From assembly GCA_963850305.1 (NCBI GenBank), contig CAWKKR010000008.1, forward strand, positions 1,152,001-1,216,000: a stretch of DNA of 64,000 nucleotides, given 5' to 3'. The notes beneath the pieces were generated by a model. That model did no database searches and was not told where the DNA came from. It saw only the letters and a program-made list of their open reading frames with translations. Every line of letters begins with the position of its first letter. The first letter of the stretch is position 1. This document shows positions 22,740 to 33,451 of this stretch, one piece after another. Source of the DNA: an uncultured delta proteobacterium (GTDB taxonomy: Bacteria; Myxococcota_A; Polyangia; Polyangiales; Polyangiaceae). The position numbers and the translations under genes are program-made.

Positions 22740-24557
22740 CTATTCGAGGAGACTGCGCGCGTGGACGGCAGAGCGAGCGCTGAGCTCGGCCGTCAATCGC
22801 GACGCGAAGAGCGAATGAGGCTCGATGTGATCCACGTCCGGGAGCACTCGCCGAGCGCTGTCTCGATCGCCGAGTGTGGCGAGCAGGACGGCCTGCTCCT
22901 TCGCGCCCGCTTCGAGGACCGCGAGCGTCGCGACGTCACCGCCAGGCTCGAGTTTGGCTGCGGACAGCACGCGACGGAACGCGCGGCGACCGTCGTCCGA
23001 GGCGAGCGCACTCGCTCGATCCGAGCGGCCCAGAGTTTGAGCCGTGAAGGCCAGCCAGAGCCCTGCAGGGCGGAGATGGTCCAGCAACCGATTGTTCCAG
23101 GTCGGATCGAGTTCGACGAAGAGCGGACGGGCGTCGGCCAGGCCGGTGAGCGCGAACTCGCTCGGGCTGCCCGTCATGGCCATGTCGCGAACGAGCGGGG
23201 CAACCGCCGGCTCTTCGCGGACGAGCGCCGACCCAACGGTTCTCTCGCCGGCGATGCCGAGCGGCAGCACGAGGACATCCGGACGCTCGCCGTGCGCGAC
23301 GCGCGCCGCGAGGAGCCGCCAGGCAAGCGCTTTTGACCGTACCAGCACCGTTGCATCCGGTGGCAACTCGCCGAGCGCCTCGTCCGTCCACACGTCGGCA
23401 CCTAGACTCGTCGTTTCCATGACGACGTTGGACGAGCTCTCGGCGGCCGCAAACACGAGGGTAAACTGGAAGACGACGAGGAGAGCCGCCGCCGGAGCCG
23501 CAAACGGAATGCGCGCGCGTTCGAGAGCGAGCGCGGCGGTCTGGACACCGACCACCGCCGCCATCGCCAACGCGGCAACGGCCAGGAGCCCAGCCGCGGC
23601 GAGCGGATTGGCCGCCAGCGCACTCGGGCCGCGCTCGGGAAGGAGAGCGTCCGCGACGACCATCGCAACGAGAGCGGCGGTGCCCGGACGGGTCGGGCCG
23701 CGCACGAGCCCCCACGCAAGGCCTCCGAGTCCGAGCATTGCGGCGACGGGTCCCATGTCGAGTGACCACGCCCCGAAGGGCCCCAGGCGAGCCTGGGGCT
23801 CCGCGATATTATTCCCTAGTTGCGTGAAGCCATCGACGCCGAGAGTAACCCACGCGTGTTCGGCAAACGGTCGCACGAACAGGGGCACCAAGCAGAACCC
23901 GACGGTAGTGATGGTCGCAGCGGCCGCGACGACCAAAGACCGTGGAGACGGCAACGCCGACCGAGCGACCGCGCTCGCAGTGATGGCGACGAGAACCACG
24001 GTCGCAGTGACGCGGTTTTCGGAAAACGTGAGCCCGAGGAGCGCCCCCGCCATCAGCGCGTCGCCGATGTCCTTGGTGCGGATCCGCTGGCTCGCGTTGA
24101 GGGCCGCCAACCCGAGCGCGACGGCCAGCGTGGCGCCCCCCGCGGCCGTCCCCTCGTGCTGGAACGACGGCGAGAGTGTCGCCGTCAGGGCGGCGGCAAG
24201 AGCGAGCGGTGGCGCGAGCCGCGGCGTGGCAGCGTTCCGCGCAAGAAGACTCCGCGCGATCGAGTACGAGGCCCGCCCAGCGAGTCCCGCGCCGAGAGCG
24301 CCCACGAGCCCCGCCCGGAGGACACGACCCCCTATCGGCAGCAGGGCGAACAGTTCGGACAGCAGAGAGGCAGGCGTGCCTTGCCCCCCGAACGGCACCA
24401 AGCCAAGGCTCTGCACCAAAGCCAGATCATCGCGCCATTGCGCCCAAGGGTTCACGCGCAAGGCTGTGACGACGAGGGGCACCGCGAGCGAAAGCCCGGC
24501 GCACACGGAGTCGAGCACCGACTCGCGGGCGGGACCGACCGCGTCACGCGAAGACAC
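22740..24557 (-). CDS. Polytopic membrane protein, possibly DUF2723/GT-C-like
   Basis: About 10 TM segments plus a soluble C-terminal domain (ERPDVLVL motif). Family call is tentative. Confidence 0.55.
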   Translation of the reverse strand: MSSRDAVGPARESVLDSVCAGLSLAVPLVVTALRVNPWAQWRDDLALVQSLGLVPFGGQGTPASLLSELFALLPIGGRVLRAGLVGALGAGLAGRASYSIARSLLARNAATPRLAPPLALAAALTATLSPSFQHEGTAAGGATLAVALGLAALNASQRIRTKDIGDALMAGALLGLTFSENRVTATVVLVAITASAVARSALPSPRSLVVAAAATITTVGFCLVPLFVRPFAEHAWVTLGVDGFTQLGNNIAEPQARLGPFGAWSLDMGPVAAMLGLGGLAWGLVRGPTRPGTAALVAMVVADALLPERGPSALAANPLAAAGLLAVAALAMAAVVGVQTAALALERARIPFAAPAAALLVVFQFTLVFAAAESSSNVVMETTSLGADVWTDEALGELPPDATVLVRSKALAWRLLAARVAHGERPDVLVLPLGIAGERTVGSALVREEPAVAPLVRDMAMTGSPSEFALTGLADARPLFVELDPTWNNRLLDHLRPAGLWLAFTAQTLGRSDRASALASDDGRRAFRRVLSAAKLEPGGDVATLAVLEAGAKEQAVLLATLGDRDSARRVLPDVDHIEPHSLFASRLTAELSARSAVHARSLLE

Positions 24558-24683
24558 GTCCCTCGAATGCCACGCTGCCTCGGTTTCGGCCTAGATTTCG
24601 GCTCGCGGGGGACAAATCGCGCCGGCGCGGCGCGGGGCGTCCGGTTTGCCCCCGACGACCATCCGGAGTAGGCCGCGTCTCCC

Positions 24684-26573
24684 GTGGCCCGATTCATCGA
24701 CGAACTCAAGCGTACTCACGACTGCGGTGCCCTCCGCGCGACCGACGTAGGCAAGGAGGTCGTGCTTTTCGGCTGGGTTTCGCGCCGCCGTGACCACGGC
24801 GCGCTCGTCTTCGTGGATCTACGCGACCGCGCCGGGGTGACGCAGGTCGTGTTCGACCCGGACGTCTCGAGAGACGCTCACGCCGTGGCTGACGCCCTCC
24901 GCAGCGAATGGGTGATCGGCGTCAGGGGGCGAGTGCGTGATCGCGGGCAGCAATTCAGTCAGAAGAAGGGCGAAATGGTCAGCGCCGCGAACCCGAATCT
25001 CCCGACCGGGACGATCGAGGTCGAGGTTCTCGAGGCGACCGTCTTCAACAAATCCGAGACCCCGCCCTTCGAGCTGGAAGACGACAGCAACACGCGAGAG
25101 GACGTACGCCTCGCATACCGCTATCTGGACCTCCGGCGCGCACCGCTTCAGGAAGCGCTCCGGATGCGTCACGTGATCAGCCAGACGACTCGCTCGTATC
25201 TCGCCGACCAGGGCTGCCTGGAAATCGAGACTCCCTTCTTGGTGAAATACACGCCGGGCGGGGCACGAAATTTCCTGGTGCCTTCGCGCCTGACACCCGG
25301 ATCGTTCTACGCGCTCGCGGAGAGCCCTCAGCTGTTCAAACAGCTCTCGATGGTCGCGGGCTACGATCGCTATTTCCAGATCGTGCGCTGCTTCCGCGAC
25401 GAAGATTTGCGCCTCGATCGTCAGCCCGAATTCACTCAGATCGACATCGAGATGTCATTCGTGAATCAGGACGACGTGTTCGCGTTGATAGAAGGGTTGG
25501 TTTTCTCGGTGTGGAAGAAGGCGCTCGGCGTCGACCTTCACGAGCTGTTCCCGAGCGGCCATTTCCCACGCATGGGCTTCGGCGACTCGATGCGGGACTA
25601 CGGAAACGATAAGCCTGATCTGCGGTTCGACATGAAACACGTCGACTTGACGGATCTGGTGATCGAACACGACGGCGGAGGCATTCCCCTCTTTCAGCCG
25701 ATCGCGGAGAAGTTCACGACGGGGGCCTACCGTCGTGATCTGCCACAGGAGATCGTCAAGGCACTGGTCGTACCGGCAGCAGCCAACTTCTCGCGCGCCG
25801 ATGGGGACAAGCTGGAACAGCTTGCCAAGAGCATGGGTGCGGGCGGCCTCGCGCGCGCAAAGGTTGCCGCCGACGGCTCGTGGACTCAATCACCTTTGAC
25901 CAAGAGCGTCACGACCGCGATGCGCGAAGCCGTCAACCGGGCAACGGGCGCGAAGGACGGGGATCTCATCTGCTTTCAGTTCGGGCGCGCGAGCCTGGTT
26001 CATACCGTCCTTGCGAACCTTCGCGTTCACGTAGCCAAGCGGATGGGGATCGTTCCCGAAAGCGGGCACGGCGGGAAATGGAAGTTCCTGTGGGTCGTGA
26101 ACCCTCCGCTCTTCGAGTACGACGAAGAACGGAACGGCTGGGTCGCCGCACACCACGCCTTCACGCGCCCGCACGACGAACACGTGGACCTCGTCGAGAC
26201 CGATCCAGGGAAGGTACTCTGTTATCGATACGACCTCGTGCTGAACGGGTTCGAGCTAGGCGGTGGCTCGATCCGCCTGCATGATCCGATTGTTCAGGCG
26301 AAGGTTTTTCGCGCGCTCGGCATTGGTGACGAAGAGGCTCACGAGAAATTTGGATTCCTGCTGAAAGCCCTCCGCTATGGAGCTCCACCCCACGGCGGCA
26401 TTGCTCTCGGGCTCGATCGATTGACCATGTTACTTGCCGGACGCGAGAGCTTGCGGGATGTGATTGCCTTCCCGAAGACGCAAAAAGGCTCGGACCCGAT
26501 GACGGATGCCCCGAATCCGGTCAGCGCAGAACAACTCGCCGAGCTCCACATCCGTACCGTGGGCTCCGAATGA
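24684..26573 (+). CDS. aspS: Aspartate--tRNA ligase
   Basis: RTHDCG, RDHG, RYLDLR, SPQLFKQL, CFRDEDLRLDRQPEFTQIDIE, GGGSIR, GAPPHGGIALGLDR, FPKT. Confidence 0.98.
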   Translation: MARFIDELKRTHDCGALRATDVGKEVVLFGWVSRRRDHGALVFVDLRDRAGVTQVVFDPDVSRDAHAVADALRSEWVIGVRGRVRDRGQQFSQKKGEMVSAANPNLPTGTIEVEVLEATVFNKSETPPFELEDDSNTREDVRLAYRYLDLRRAPLQEALRMRHVISQTTRSYLADQGCLEIETPFLVKYTPGGARNFLVPSRLTPGSFYALAESPQLFKQLSMVAGYDRYFQIVRCFRDEDLRLDRQPEFTQIDIEMSFVNQDDVFALIEGLVFSVWKKALGVDLHELFPSGHFPRMGFGDSMRDYGNDKPDLRFDMKHVDLTDLVIEHDGGGIPLFQPIAEKFTTGAYRRDLPQEIVKALVVPAAANFSRADGDKLEQLAKSMGAGGLARAKVAADGSWTQSPLTKSVTTAMREAVNRATGAKDGDLICFQFGRASLVHTVLANLRVHVAKRMGIVPESGHGGKWKFLWVVNPPLFEYDEERNGWVAAHHAFTRPHDEHVDLVETDPGKVLCYRYDLVLNGFELGGGSIRLHDPIVQAKVFRALGIGDEEAHEKFGFLLKALRYGAPPHGGIALGLDRLTMLLAGRESLRDVIAFPKTQKGSDPMTDAPNPVSAEQLAELHIRTVGSE

Positions 26574-26616
26574 GCCATTGACTCGACCCGCCGAAAACAG
26601 GGAAAAGGCGGAGAAG

Positions 26617-28014
26617 GTGAGCACGCGCGTCCTCGTCGTCGACGACAGTCCCACCATCCGCAAAGTGGTCGCGGCGATTCTCGGCGAGCAGGGCTACGAG
26701 ACGCTCACGGCGGAGAACGGCGACGACGCTCTCGGCAAGCTCCGGCGGGAGAAAGTCGATCTCGTGCTGACCGACTTCGTGATGCCGAAGATGAACGGCT
26801 ATCAGTTCTGTCGAGAGGTGCGCGGCGATCCGGCGTTGAGGGACCTGCCGATCGTACTGATGAGCGCGAAGGGCGACAAGATCCGTGGTCAGTTCGTCGA
26901 ACAGACCGGAGCCATGGACGCCATCACGAAGCCGTTCGATCCGTTGGCCCTCGTCGCCGTGATCGAGAACGCGCTCTCGCGACACGAGTCCGGTGCCCAC
27001 AAATCCGAACCACCCCCGTCGTCGGAGCAGCAGCAAACGCTCGAGCCTCCGAGCATGGAACTGTCGCCCTCGGACCTTCAGCTCAGTGACGACCCGGGCC
27101 TGAGGCGGGCGCAGGTCGCGCAGCATTTCGGAAACGCGCTCGCGAAGATCGTATCGCGCGCGCCGGCGTCGGACGGCGTCCAGCCGGGACCCGACGAGAA
27201 GATCACGACCGCGATTCGGAGAGCAGTCACGCCCGAGAGTCTCGGGAAGCTGGCCGGGTTGCTCCGACTCCTGGATTTCGGCGAGGACTCACGAGCGATT
27301 CTCTCCGGAGATCTGTCCTGCATCTCGATCGCCGAAGTGCTCCAGATGCTCGAACTCCAGCGCCAGACGGGTGCGCTTGGAATCGCGTCACCAAGCGCGG
27401 AAATCACACTCTATATCCGCGATGGAATGCTGGACTTGGCTCAAGGGCGAGGGCTTCCGGTCTCCTTCCGGCTCGGGCGCTACCTCGTACAGAGCGGCGC
27501 GCTCACACGCGAGGAGCTTGCGCATTTTCTCGAGAATCGCGCCGGGTCCAAGCGACTCATCGGCGACGCGCTCGTTCAGCTCGACATGGTGACGGAGGCG
27601 CAGGTCACGGGCGCGCTGAAGATGCAAACGAGCGAGCTCGTGTACGAGGTGGTCAGCTGGAAGCAAGGGCGCTTCACCTTCACACGCGGAGCGACGTGCC
27701 CGGAAGCGACGTTGACGCCATTGGGTCTCACGCCCGGCGGCATCGTGATGGAGGGGTTTCGGCGCGTGGACGAGTGGCGATTGGTCGAGGGCAGCTTCGA
27801 TTTCGACGACGCTCTCGCGCGCGACACGGCGGCCATCGAGAGACTCGCCGGTTCGACGGAACTCACCGAGACGGAACGCGAGGTGCTCGGCATGATCGAC
27901 GGCCAGCGGACGGTGCGCCAGGTGGTCGATCTCGTTCAGGCGAGTACGTTCGACGTATGCAAGATCCTCTACCAGCTATTGAACTCGAAGCTCGTTCGGC
28001 GCCACGCTATCTGA
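26617..28014 (+). CDS. Response regulator with DUF4388 (PATAN-like) domain
   Basis: REC (VDDS, TDFVMP, KPF); LSGDL...EVLQML...QTGAL; RLGRYLV; W-x-x-GRFTF; MEGFRRVDEW. Confidence 0.88.
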   Translation: MSTRVLVVDDSPTIRKVVAAILGEQGYETLTAENGDDALGKLRREKVDLVLTDFVMPKMNGYQFCREVRGDPALRDLPIVLMSAKGDKIRGQFVEQTGAMDAITKPFDPLALVAVIENALSRHESGAHKSEPPPSSEQQQTLEPPSMELSPSDLQLSDDPGLRRAQVAQHFGNALAKIVSRAPASDGVQPGPDEKITTAIRRAVTPESLGKLAGLLRLLDFGEDSRAILSGDLSCISIAEVLQMLELQRQTGALGIASPSAEITLYIRDGMLDLAQGRGLPVSFRLGRYLVQSGALTREELAHFLENRAGSKRLIGDALVQLDMVTEAQVTGALKMQTSELVYEVVSWKQGRFTFTRGATCPEATLTPLGLTPGGIVMEGFRRVDEWRLVEGSFDFDDALARDTAAIERLAGSTELTETEREVLGMIDGQRTVRQVVDLVQASTFDVCKILYQLLNSKLVRRHAI

Positions 28015-28074
28015 CCTCGCCGTCGCTGAAAGAGAGAGGGAATTTTTGGGCACTTGCGGCGCGGCGAGCCAGGG

Positions 28075-28581
28075 ATGATTCTTTGCGGAAGACGCCAGAT
28101 GCTCGCCTCTCGACTCATTCCAGGCGACCGAGCCGCCGTCGAGGCCGTGGCGCGGGTCACCCATGCCTCGATCGACGTCGACACCGAACTGGGTCACCCA
28201 TGGGCGCTGTTCTGGGTCGCGCGCGCGGTGCCCGAAGACGCCGTGGTCGCGTTTCTGCTCGCATGGGCCGTTGCCGACGAGCTTCATCTCATTCACATCG
28301 CGACCGAGCCTGCCGCGAGGCGTCGTGGCGCCGCGCGGGCGATGATGACCGCGCTGCTTGCTCACGCTGCGTCGAACCGAACCCGTCTCGTGCTACTCGA
28401 GGTGCGAAGGTCGAACCGAGCTGCGATCAGGCTATATCGTGGATTCGGATTTACCGCGATGGGCGTCCGGCGCACCTATTACACGGACGGAGAAGACGCG
28501 ATCGAGATGATGCTCACGCTGGATCCCACCACCGGCAACGTCAGGCCGGGCCGTGACGAAGTGCAGCTGGCGGAAGCATGA
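28075..28581 (+). CDS. rimI: RimI-like GNAT N-acetyltransferase
   Basis: DELHLIHIA, RRRGAA, LEVRRSNRAAIRLY, RRTYYTDGEDAIEM. Start could be 28075 or 28099. Confidence 0.88.
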   Translation: MILCGRRQMLASRLIPGDRAAVEAVARVTHASIDVDTELGHPWALFWVARAVPEDAVVAFLLAWAVADELHLIHIATEPAARRRGAARAMMTALLAHAASNRTRLVLLEVRRSNRAAIRLYRGFGFTAMGVRRTYYTDGEDAIEMMLTLDPTTGNVRPGRDEVQLAEA

Positions 28582-29414
28582 CGTCCACGAATCCGAAATG
28601 CATACGCGAGCTTCTCACCGTGCCGCTCCTGCGACGGGAGAGCATCGGCGAGCAGTATCATGTGCTGACGTTCGAAGCGCCGCACCCGGTTGCGGCGGAA
28701 CCCGGCCAGTTCGCGATGATCCGGGGCGCGTCGTGGGGAGAGGCGCCGCTCCTGGCGCGTCCCATGAGCTATCTGAGCGGCGGGACGACGCCGAGCTTGC
28801 TCATCAAAGTGCTTGGGGAAGGGACTCGACGCATGGCGCGCGCGGTCCCCGGAGAACCGTTCACCCTACTCGGGCCGCTCGGAAATACGTGGCGCCCGCC
28901 AACCGTCGCGCGCCGCCCGGTCCTCGTCGCGGGCGGCGTCGGGATTGCGCCGCTGCTATTCTTCGCGACCGCGCTCAAGTCCCAGGGGAGTCGACCGCTG
29001 GCGCTTTACGGCGGTCGAACGGCTCGTGACTTGCCGCTCGAGGACGAACTCTCGAAGGTCGCTGACGTCCAGCTGACGACGGAAGACGGGTCGCGCGGCA
29101 GGCGCGGACGAGTGACGGACTTGCTGGCGGGGCTGTTGTCGAAGGACAACGACGTCTATACGTGCGGGCCCCATGGAATGATGGCGAGCGTGGCGGCGCT
29201 ATGCGCCGCTCGTGACGTGCCATGCGAGGCGTCGCTCGAGACGCCGATGGCCTGTGGCTATGGCGTGTGCCTCGGCTGCCCCGTGCCGACGACGGCCGGG
29301 ACTTATCTTTATGCATGCGTGCAGGGACCCTGCGTCGACGCCAGGACCGTCGCGTGGAACGAGGCCGACCTCGCGGCGCCTCGCAAGAGCCAGTTGGCGG
29401 GGAGCAAGTCGTGA
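28578..29414 (+). CDS. pyrK: Dihydroorotate dehydrogenase B electron-transfer subunit
   Basis: PGQF, RPMS, AGGVGIAP, CGP, MACGYGVCLGC...C 2Fe-2S motif; overlaps pyrD. Confidence 0.93.
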   Translation: MTSTNPKCIRELLTVPLLRRESIGEQYHVLTFEAPHPVAAEPGQFAMIRGASWGEAPLLARPMSYLSGGTTPSLLIKVLGEGTRRMARAVPGEPFTLLGPLGNTWRPPTVARRPVLVAGGVGIAPLLFFATALKSQGSRPLALYGGRTARDLPLEDELSKVADVQLTTEDGSRGRRGRVTDLLAGLLSKDNDVYTCGPHGMMASVAALCAARDVPCEASLETPMACGYGVCLGCPVPTTAGTYLYACVQGPCVDARTVAWNEADLAAPRKSQLAGSKS

Positions 29415-30319
29415 CCGATCAGACCGTAACGATCGGGTCGCTCACCCTGAAGAACCCGGTGCTTACGGCGTCCGGATGCTTTGGGTACGGCCTCGAGTAC
29501 GACGACTTCTTCGACGTCGCGACGCTCGGTGGCATTTGCACGAAGGGGCTCAGTTTGCATCCGCGCCTCGGGAATCCGCCGGCACGTATCTGCGAGACCG
29601 GCGCAGGCATGCTGAACGCGATCGGCCTCGCGAACGTAGGCGTGGAGGCGTTCTGCACGGAGAAGCTGCCGACCTTGCGCCGTCGCGGCGTCACCGTCGT
29701 CGCGAACATCTTCGCGAGCAGCGTAGAGGACTTCGTGAAGATCGCACAGCGCCTCGATGAGGACACCGGTGTCGCGGCGATCGAGCTCAACGTCTCCTGC
29801 CCGAACGTGAAAGAAGGCGGGATCGAATTCGGCAAGGACGCCCGCATGTGTGCACGGGTCACCGGCGCAGTGAGAAAGACGACGACGCTCCCCATCTGGG
29901 TAAAGATGAGCCCGGAAGCGAGCGACATCGTCGCGGTGGCGCGCGCCTGCGAGGACGTCGGGGCCGATGCCATCACCGCGATCAACACGATCCGCGGAGT
30001 CTCCATCGACGTGGAGCGACAGCGAGCGGTACTCGCAAACGCGACGGGCGGGCTCAGCGGGCCTGCGCTGCGGCCGATTGCGGTGCGGATCGTCTGGGAG
30101 CTGGCAGGCACGATCTCGATTCCCATCATCGGGATCGGTGGCACGTCGACGGCGCGCGACGCCATCGAGTTCCTTCTCGCCGGAGCGACGGCGGTCCAGG
30201 TCGGAACAGCGAACTTCTCCGATCCCTGCGCGGCGAGAGACGTCGCTTCGGGGATCAGGGACTACTGCGAACTTCGTGGACTCGCGGCGCGCGAGCTAGT
30301 CGGGCGGGCGCGACAATGA
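29411..30319 (+). CDS. pyrD: Dihydroorotate dehydrogenase (family 1B) catalytic subunit
   Basis: NPVLTASG, GNPPAR, MLNAIGLAN, ELNVSCPN, INT, GGLSGP, AVQVGTA. Confidence 0.96.
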   Translation: MTDQTVTIGSLTLKNPVLTASGCFGYGLEYDDFFDVATLGGICTKGLSLHPRLGNPPARICETGAGMLNAIGLANVGVEAFCTEKLPTLRRRGVTVVANIFASSVEDFVKIAQRLDEDTGVAAIELNVSCPNVKEGGIEFGKDARMCARVTGAVRKTTTLPIWVKMSPEASDIVAVARACEDVGADAITAINTIRGVSIDVERQRAVLANATGGLSGPALRPIAVRIVWELAGTISIPIIGIGGTSTARDAIEFLLAGATAVQVGTANFSDPCAARDVASGIRDYCELRGLAARELVGRARQ

Positions 30320-31611
30320 GGTTGCGGTTCGTGATTTGCATCGTCGCCACGACGCTCCTGTCCTGCTCGGACAGAAAGCCGACGCCGAACGCGACGTCGC
30401 AACCGAGCCCGAATGCCGCAATCCTTCCGGCTCCGCTGTCGTCCGCGTCCGATCTCGCGACCGCAACGCCCGCACATTCCGCCGGAATGATCGGCATAGC
30501 GGCGGATTCGGCCGGGCGCTTGATCATCCGCGAGCCGGAGCCCCCGCCGCCAGAACCGGCTTCGCCGGAACGGGCGCTGCCCGCGGACGCACTGACGAGC
30601 AAGGACGGTGCCGGTTACACGCTGGAGGGGGCATTCCGTTGGGCGGATCTCCCAGCGCCGGCACAGGCACCTGAGGTCGTCGCGGCGGCGCTTCGGGACG
30701 CGGCGAGCAAGACCGAGCTCAAGATAGCCGTGGATCTCGGCAGCATCGGTCGCATGCGTCTATCCTTCGAATCGCCCGCCTTTCCGCTGCCGGCACACGC
30801 CGAGATACGTGCCCATACGAGCTACTATGGACACGTGCTCGTTTGGCCGAATGGCTCGGCGTACCGGGTGCTCGCGCCGGGGAGTCTGCGGGCCATGTTT
30901 GCCGAACGGCGGGCAGACGTCTCGCCATTGCTCCGTGCGACCGTCACCCCGGGCGAGTCGGGCTCGCTCCTCGAGCACAAGACACAGAAGACGAATATCG
31001 AGACGAGCCTCGGCACGCTCTCGCTCGAGCAGACCACGGTGCCCGGCAGCGGTGGTGGCGGTCCGCTGTTCTGTCGGCTGCTGGTCGAGCTGATCGGTGC
31101 CGAACCGACGACGGAGGCTTGTCGCGCGGATCGGATCCCGCTGGCGGCGCGGTACAAATGGGCGGCCGGCGGCACCATTTCGTTTTCTGCGACGACCCTG
31201 TCCGACAGAAAAGACATTCCTCTGGGGTATCTGGACGTGCCGCCGGCGGGCGCGACGTTCACACCGGGCGAGCTGCCGCCGCCGTCTTCGGGCGTCTTTC
31301 TCGATCGCGAAGATCTGGCGAGGTTCCGTAATCGGGTCGTTCGTGTGGGCGCACCGAGCCCGCACGCACCCGGCGAAGGGATCATCGGAAAAAATGACAC
31401 CACCCTCCTCGAGTACCTGCTGATCGACGGAGTCCCCGTCGCATGGGTACGACCGAACACGCAGCAGTACGTGATCGGACCCGTCGCGGGGCGGTATTCG
31501 ATCGGGTGGCGCGACTTTTTCGGCACCAAGATCACACGACCCTCCATCGTCGAACTCCCGGCGCTAGTGCACGTAGGACATGAGCCCGGGGATGGCGGGG
31601 CGAGCCCCTGA
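30316..31611 (+). CDS. Hypothetical lipoprotein
   Basis: ATG overlaps pyrD stop; signal peptide ending LLSC; Pro-rich linker. Confidence 0.7.
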   Translation: MRLRFVICIVATTLLSCSDRKPTPNATSQPSPNAAILPAPLSSASDLATATPAHSAGMIGIAADSAGRLIIREPEPPPPEPASPERALPADALTSKDGAGYTLEGAFRWADLPAPAQAPEVVAAALRDAASKTELKIAVDLGSIGRMRLSFESPAFPLPAHAEIRAHTSYYGHVLVWPNGSAYRVLAPGSLRAMFAERRADVSPLLRATVTPGESGSLLEHKTQKTNIETSLGTLSLEQTTVPGSGGGGPLFCRLLVELIGAEPTTEACRADRIPLAARYKWAAGGTISFSATTLSDRKDIPLGYLDVPPAGATFTPGELPPPSSGVFLDREDLARFRNRVVRVGAPSPHAPGEGIIGKNDTTLLEYLLIDGVPVAWVRPNTQQYVIGPVAGRYSIGWRDFFGTKITRPSIVELPALVHVGHEPGDGGASP

Positions 31612-31900
31612 GCCGGCGGGGTGGGCCGATCGCTGCGCGCGTTACTGCCTCGTGCGCCGCGCTTGCTCGCGATCTCGTCGACAGGGCGCCTTCGACCGCC
31701 GGGGTCAGCGCCATCCCATGCGAGGTCGACGTCGATCTCGCCGCGATCACCGACGATCCCACGGAGACCAGGGCCGCTCCCGTACGGGATCATCGACCGG
31801 CGCGGCGGGACGGGCGCCGGTTCTCCCGGCATCGGCAGCAACCTCGGCGGGGTAACCCATGATCCCGTCGGGATCGTCGGTCCCGCCGGGTTTGTCGCGG

Positions 31901-33451
31901 TGCAAACCGGGTGCTCTGGTGACACTTTAGACCGGGTCCCTGGGTGACACTTTTTGGGTGACGGGTCTGCCTGACGGCGGGCTGACGGCTAATTGCCGCC
32001 ATGCCGTGGAAGGAAGCCCGGATCGTGGACGAGCGAGTTCGATTCATCGCGGCTGTCGCGGAGGACCCGAGGGGAAACTTCACCCGCCTGTGCGCCAGCT
32101 TCGGCATCAGCCGGGCGAAGGGCTACAAATGGCTGGAGCGGTACGAGCGGCTAGGCCCGGCGGGGCTCGAGGACCAAAGGTCGGTCGCGAAGAGCTGCCC
32201 GCACCGCACGCCGGATGACGTGGTCGACCGGATCATCACGCTGCGGAAGCGGTTTCCATTCGACGGTCCCAAGAAGCTGCGCGTCCGGCTCCGAGACATC
32301 GATGGTGCTGACTTCGCTCTCCCCGCAGCGAGCACGATCGGTGAGATTCTGGATCGCTACGGGCTCGTGCGTCCGCGCCGCTCGCGGCTTCGTGTTCCGC
32401 CGAGCACGGAGCCCTTGGCCCACGCCGAGCTGCCCAACGACGTCTGGTGCACGGACTTCAAGGGGCACTTCGCTTGCGGCGATGGCACCCGCTGCCACCC
32501 GTTGACCATCACCGACGCGATGAGCCGGTACCTCGTCAAATGCGAGGGGCTACCCGGTGAGAAAGAAGGACCGGTGCGTGAGCAGTTCGAGCTCGCGTTC
32601 CGCGAGTTCGGAGTGCCCCGTCGCATTCGCTCGGACAACGGGTCGCCGTTCGCCAGCAAGGCTTTAGGCGGACTTTCCCGCCTCAGCATGTGGTGGATTC
32701 AGCTCGGCATCGTGCCCGAGCGCATCGAGCCAGGGCAACCGCAACAGAATGGTCGTCACGAGCGCATGCACAAGACGCTCAAGGAGCAGACCGCCAATCC
32801 ACCGGCTGCAACGCCGATTGATCAGCAACGCGCCTTCGATCGCTTTCGCGCCGACTACAACGACCATCGTCCGCACGAAGCGCTCGGCCTCACGCCGCCT
32901 GCGCGACACTACGAGCCGTCGCTGCGTCCCATGCCGGAGCGTTTGCGAGCTCCCGCTTACGGCGACGATTTCGACGTGCGGCGAGTTAACACAAGCGGGG
33001 TTCTGAAGTTCAAGGGCAAGCAGCTGACCGTCAGCACACTCTTCACCGATCAGCCGCTCGGTCTTCAGCGGGTCGACGAGGAAGAGTGGGACCTTCACTA
33101 CGGCCCGGTGCTCCTCGGTCATGTTCTCCTGCGCAACGGCGAGCTGCGACTCGAGCGGCCGTAGCCCAGAGCTCAGCCGCCCCCCTCCATCTACCGCGTC
33201 CGTCTCTCGCTCCCGGACTGCGCTTCCGTCGCCTCCGGCTCCGTCAGCCCGAACCCGGATTGCGCCCGGATAGCGTCTTCGCTCGCTGAGGCTTTGTCTC
33301 TTCGCGATCGGTCCGTGTCGTTGCGCTTCCCGGTCTGTGTCTTAGAGGCACCCGGTTTACGTCCCCACAGCACCGAATCTGTGATTGAACAGAGCCGGAC
33401 CTGTAACCAAGGGTCCCGGTCTATTCCGTCACCCAGGCACCCGGTCGCTCA
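31901..33451 (+). mobile_element. IS481-family insertion sequence
   Basis: TG...CA termini; repeated ACCGGG-N4-6-GGTGAC motifs at the left end (31901-31953) and inverted at the right end (33329-33451); encloses the transposase. Confidence 0.8.
32001..33164 (+). CDS. IS481-family DDE transposase
   Basis: MPWKE start, HTH (FGISRAKGYKW), WCTDFKG, SDNG, PQQNGRHERMH, YNDHRPHEAL. Confidence 0.95.
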   Translation: MPWKEARIVDERVRFIAAVAEDPRGNFTRLCASFGISRAKGYKWLERYERLGPAGLEDQRSVAKSCPHRTPDDVVDRIITLRKRFPFDGPKKLRVRLRDIDGADFALPAASTIGEILDRYGLVRPRRSRLRVPPSTEPLAHAELPNDVWCTDFKGHFACGDGTRCHPLTITDAMSRYLVKCEGLPGEKEGPVREQFELAFREFGVPRRIRSDNGSPFASKALGGLSRLSMWWIQLGIVPERIEPGQPQQNGRHERMHKTLKEQTANPPAATPIDQQRAFDRFRADYNDHRPHEALGLTPPARHYEPSLRPMPERLRAPAYGDDFDVRRVNTSGVLKFKGKQLTVSTLFTDQPLGLQRVDEEEWDLHYGPVLLGHVLLRNGELRLERP

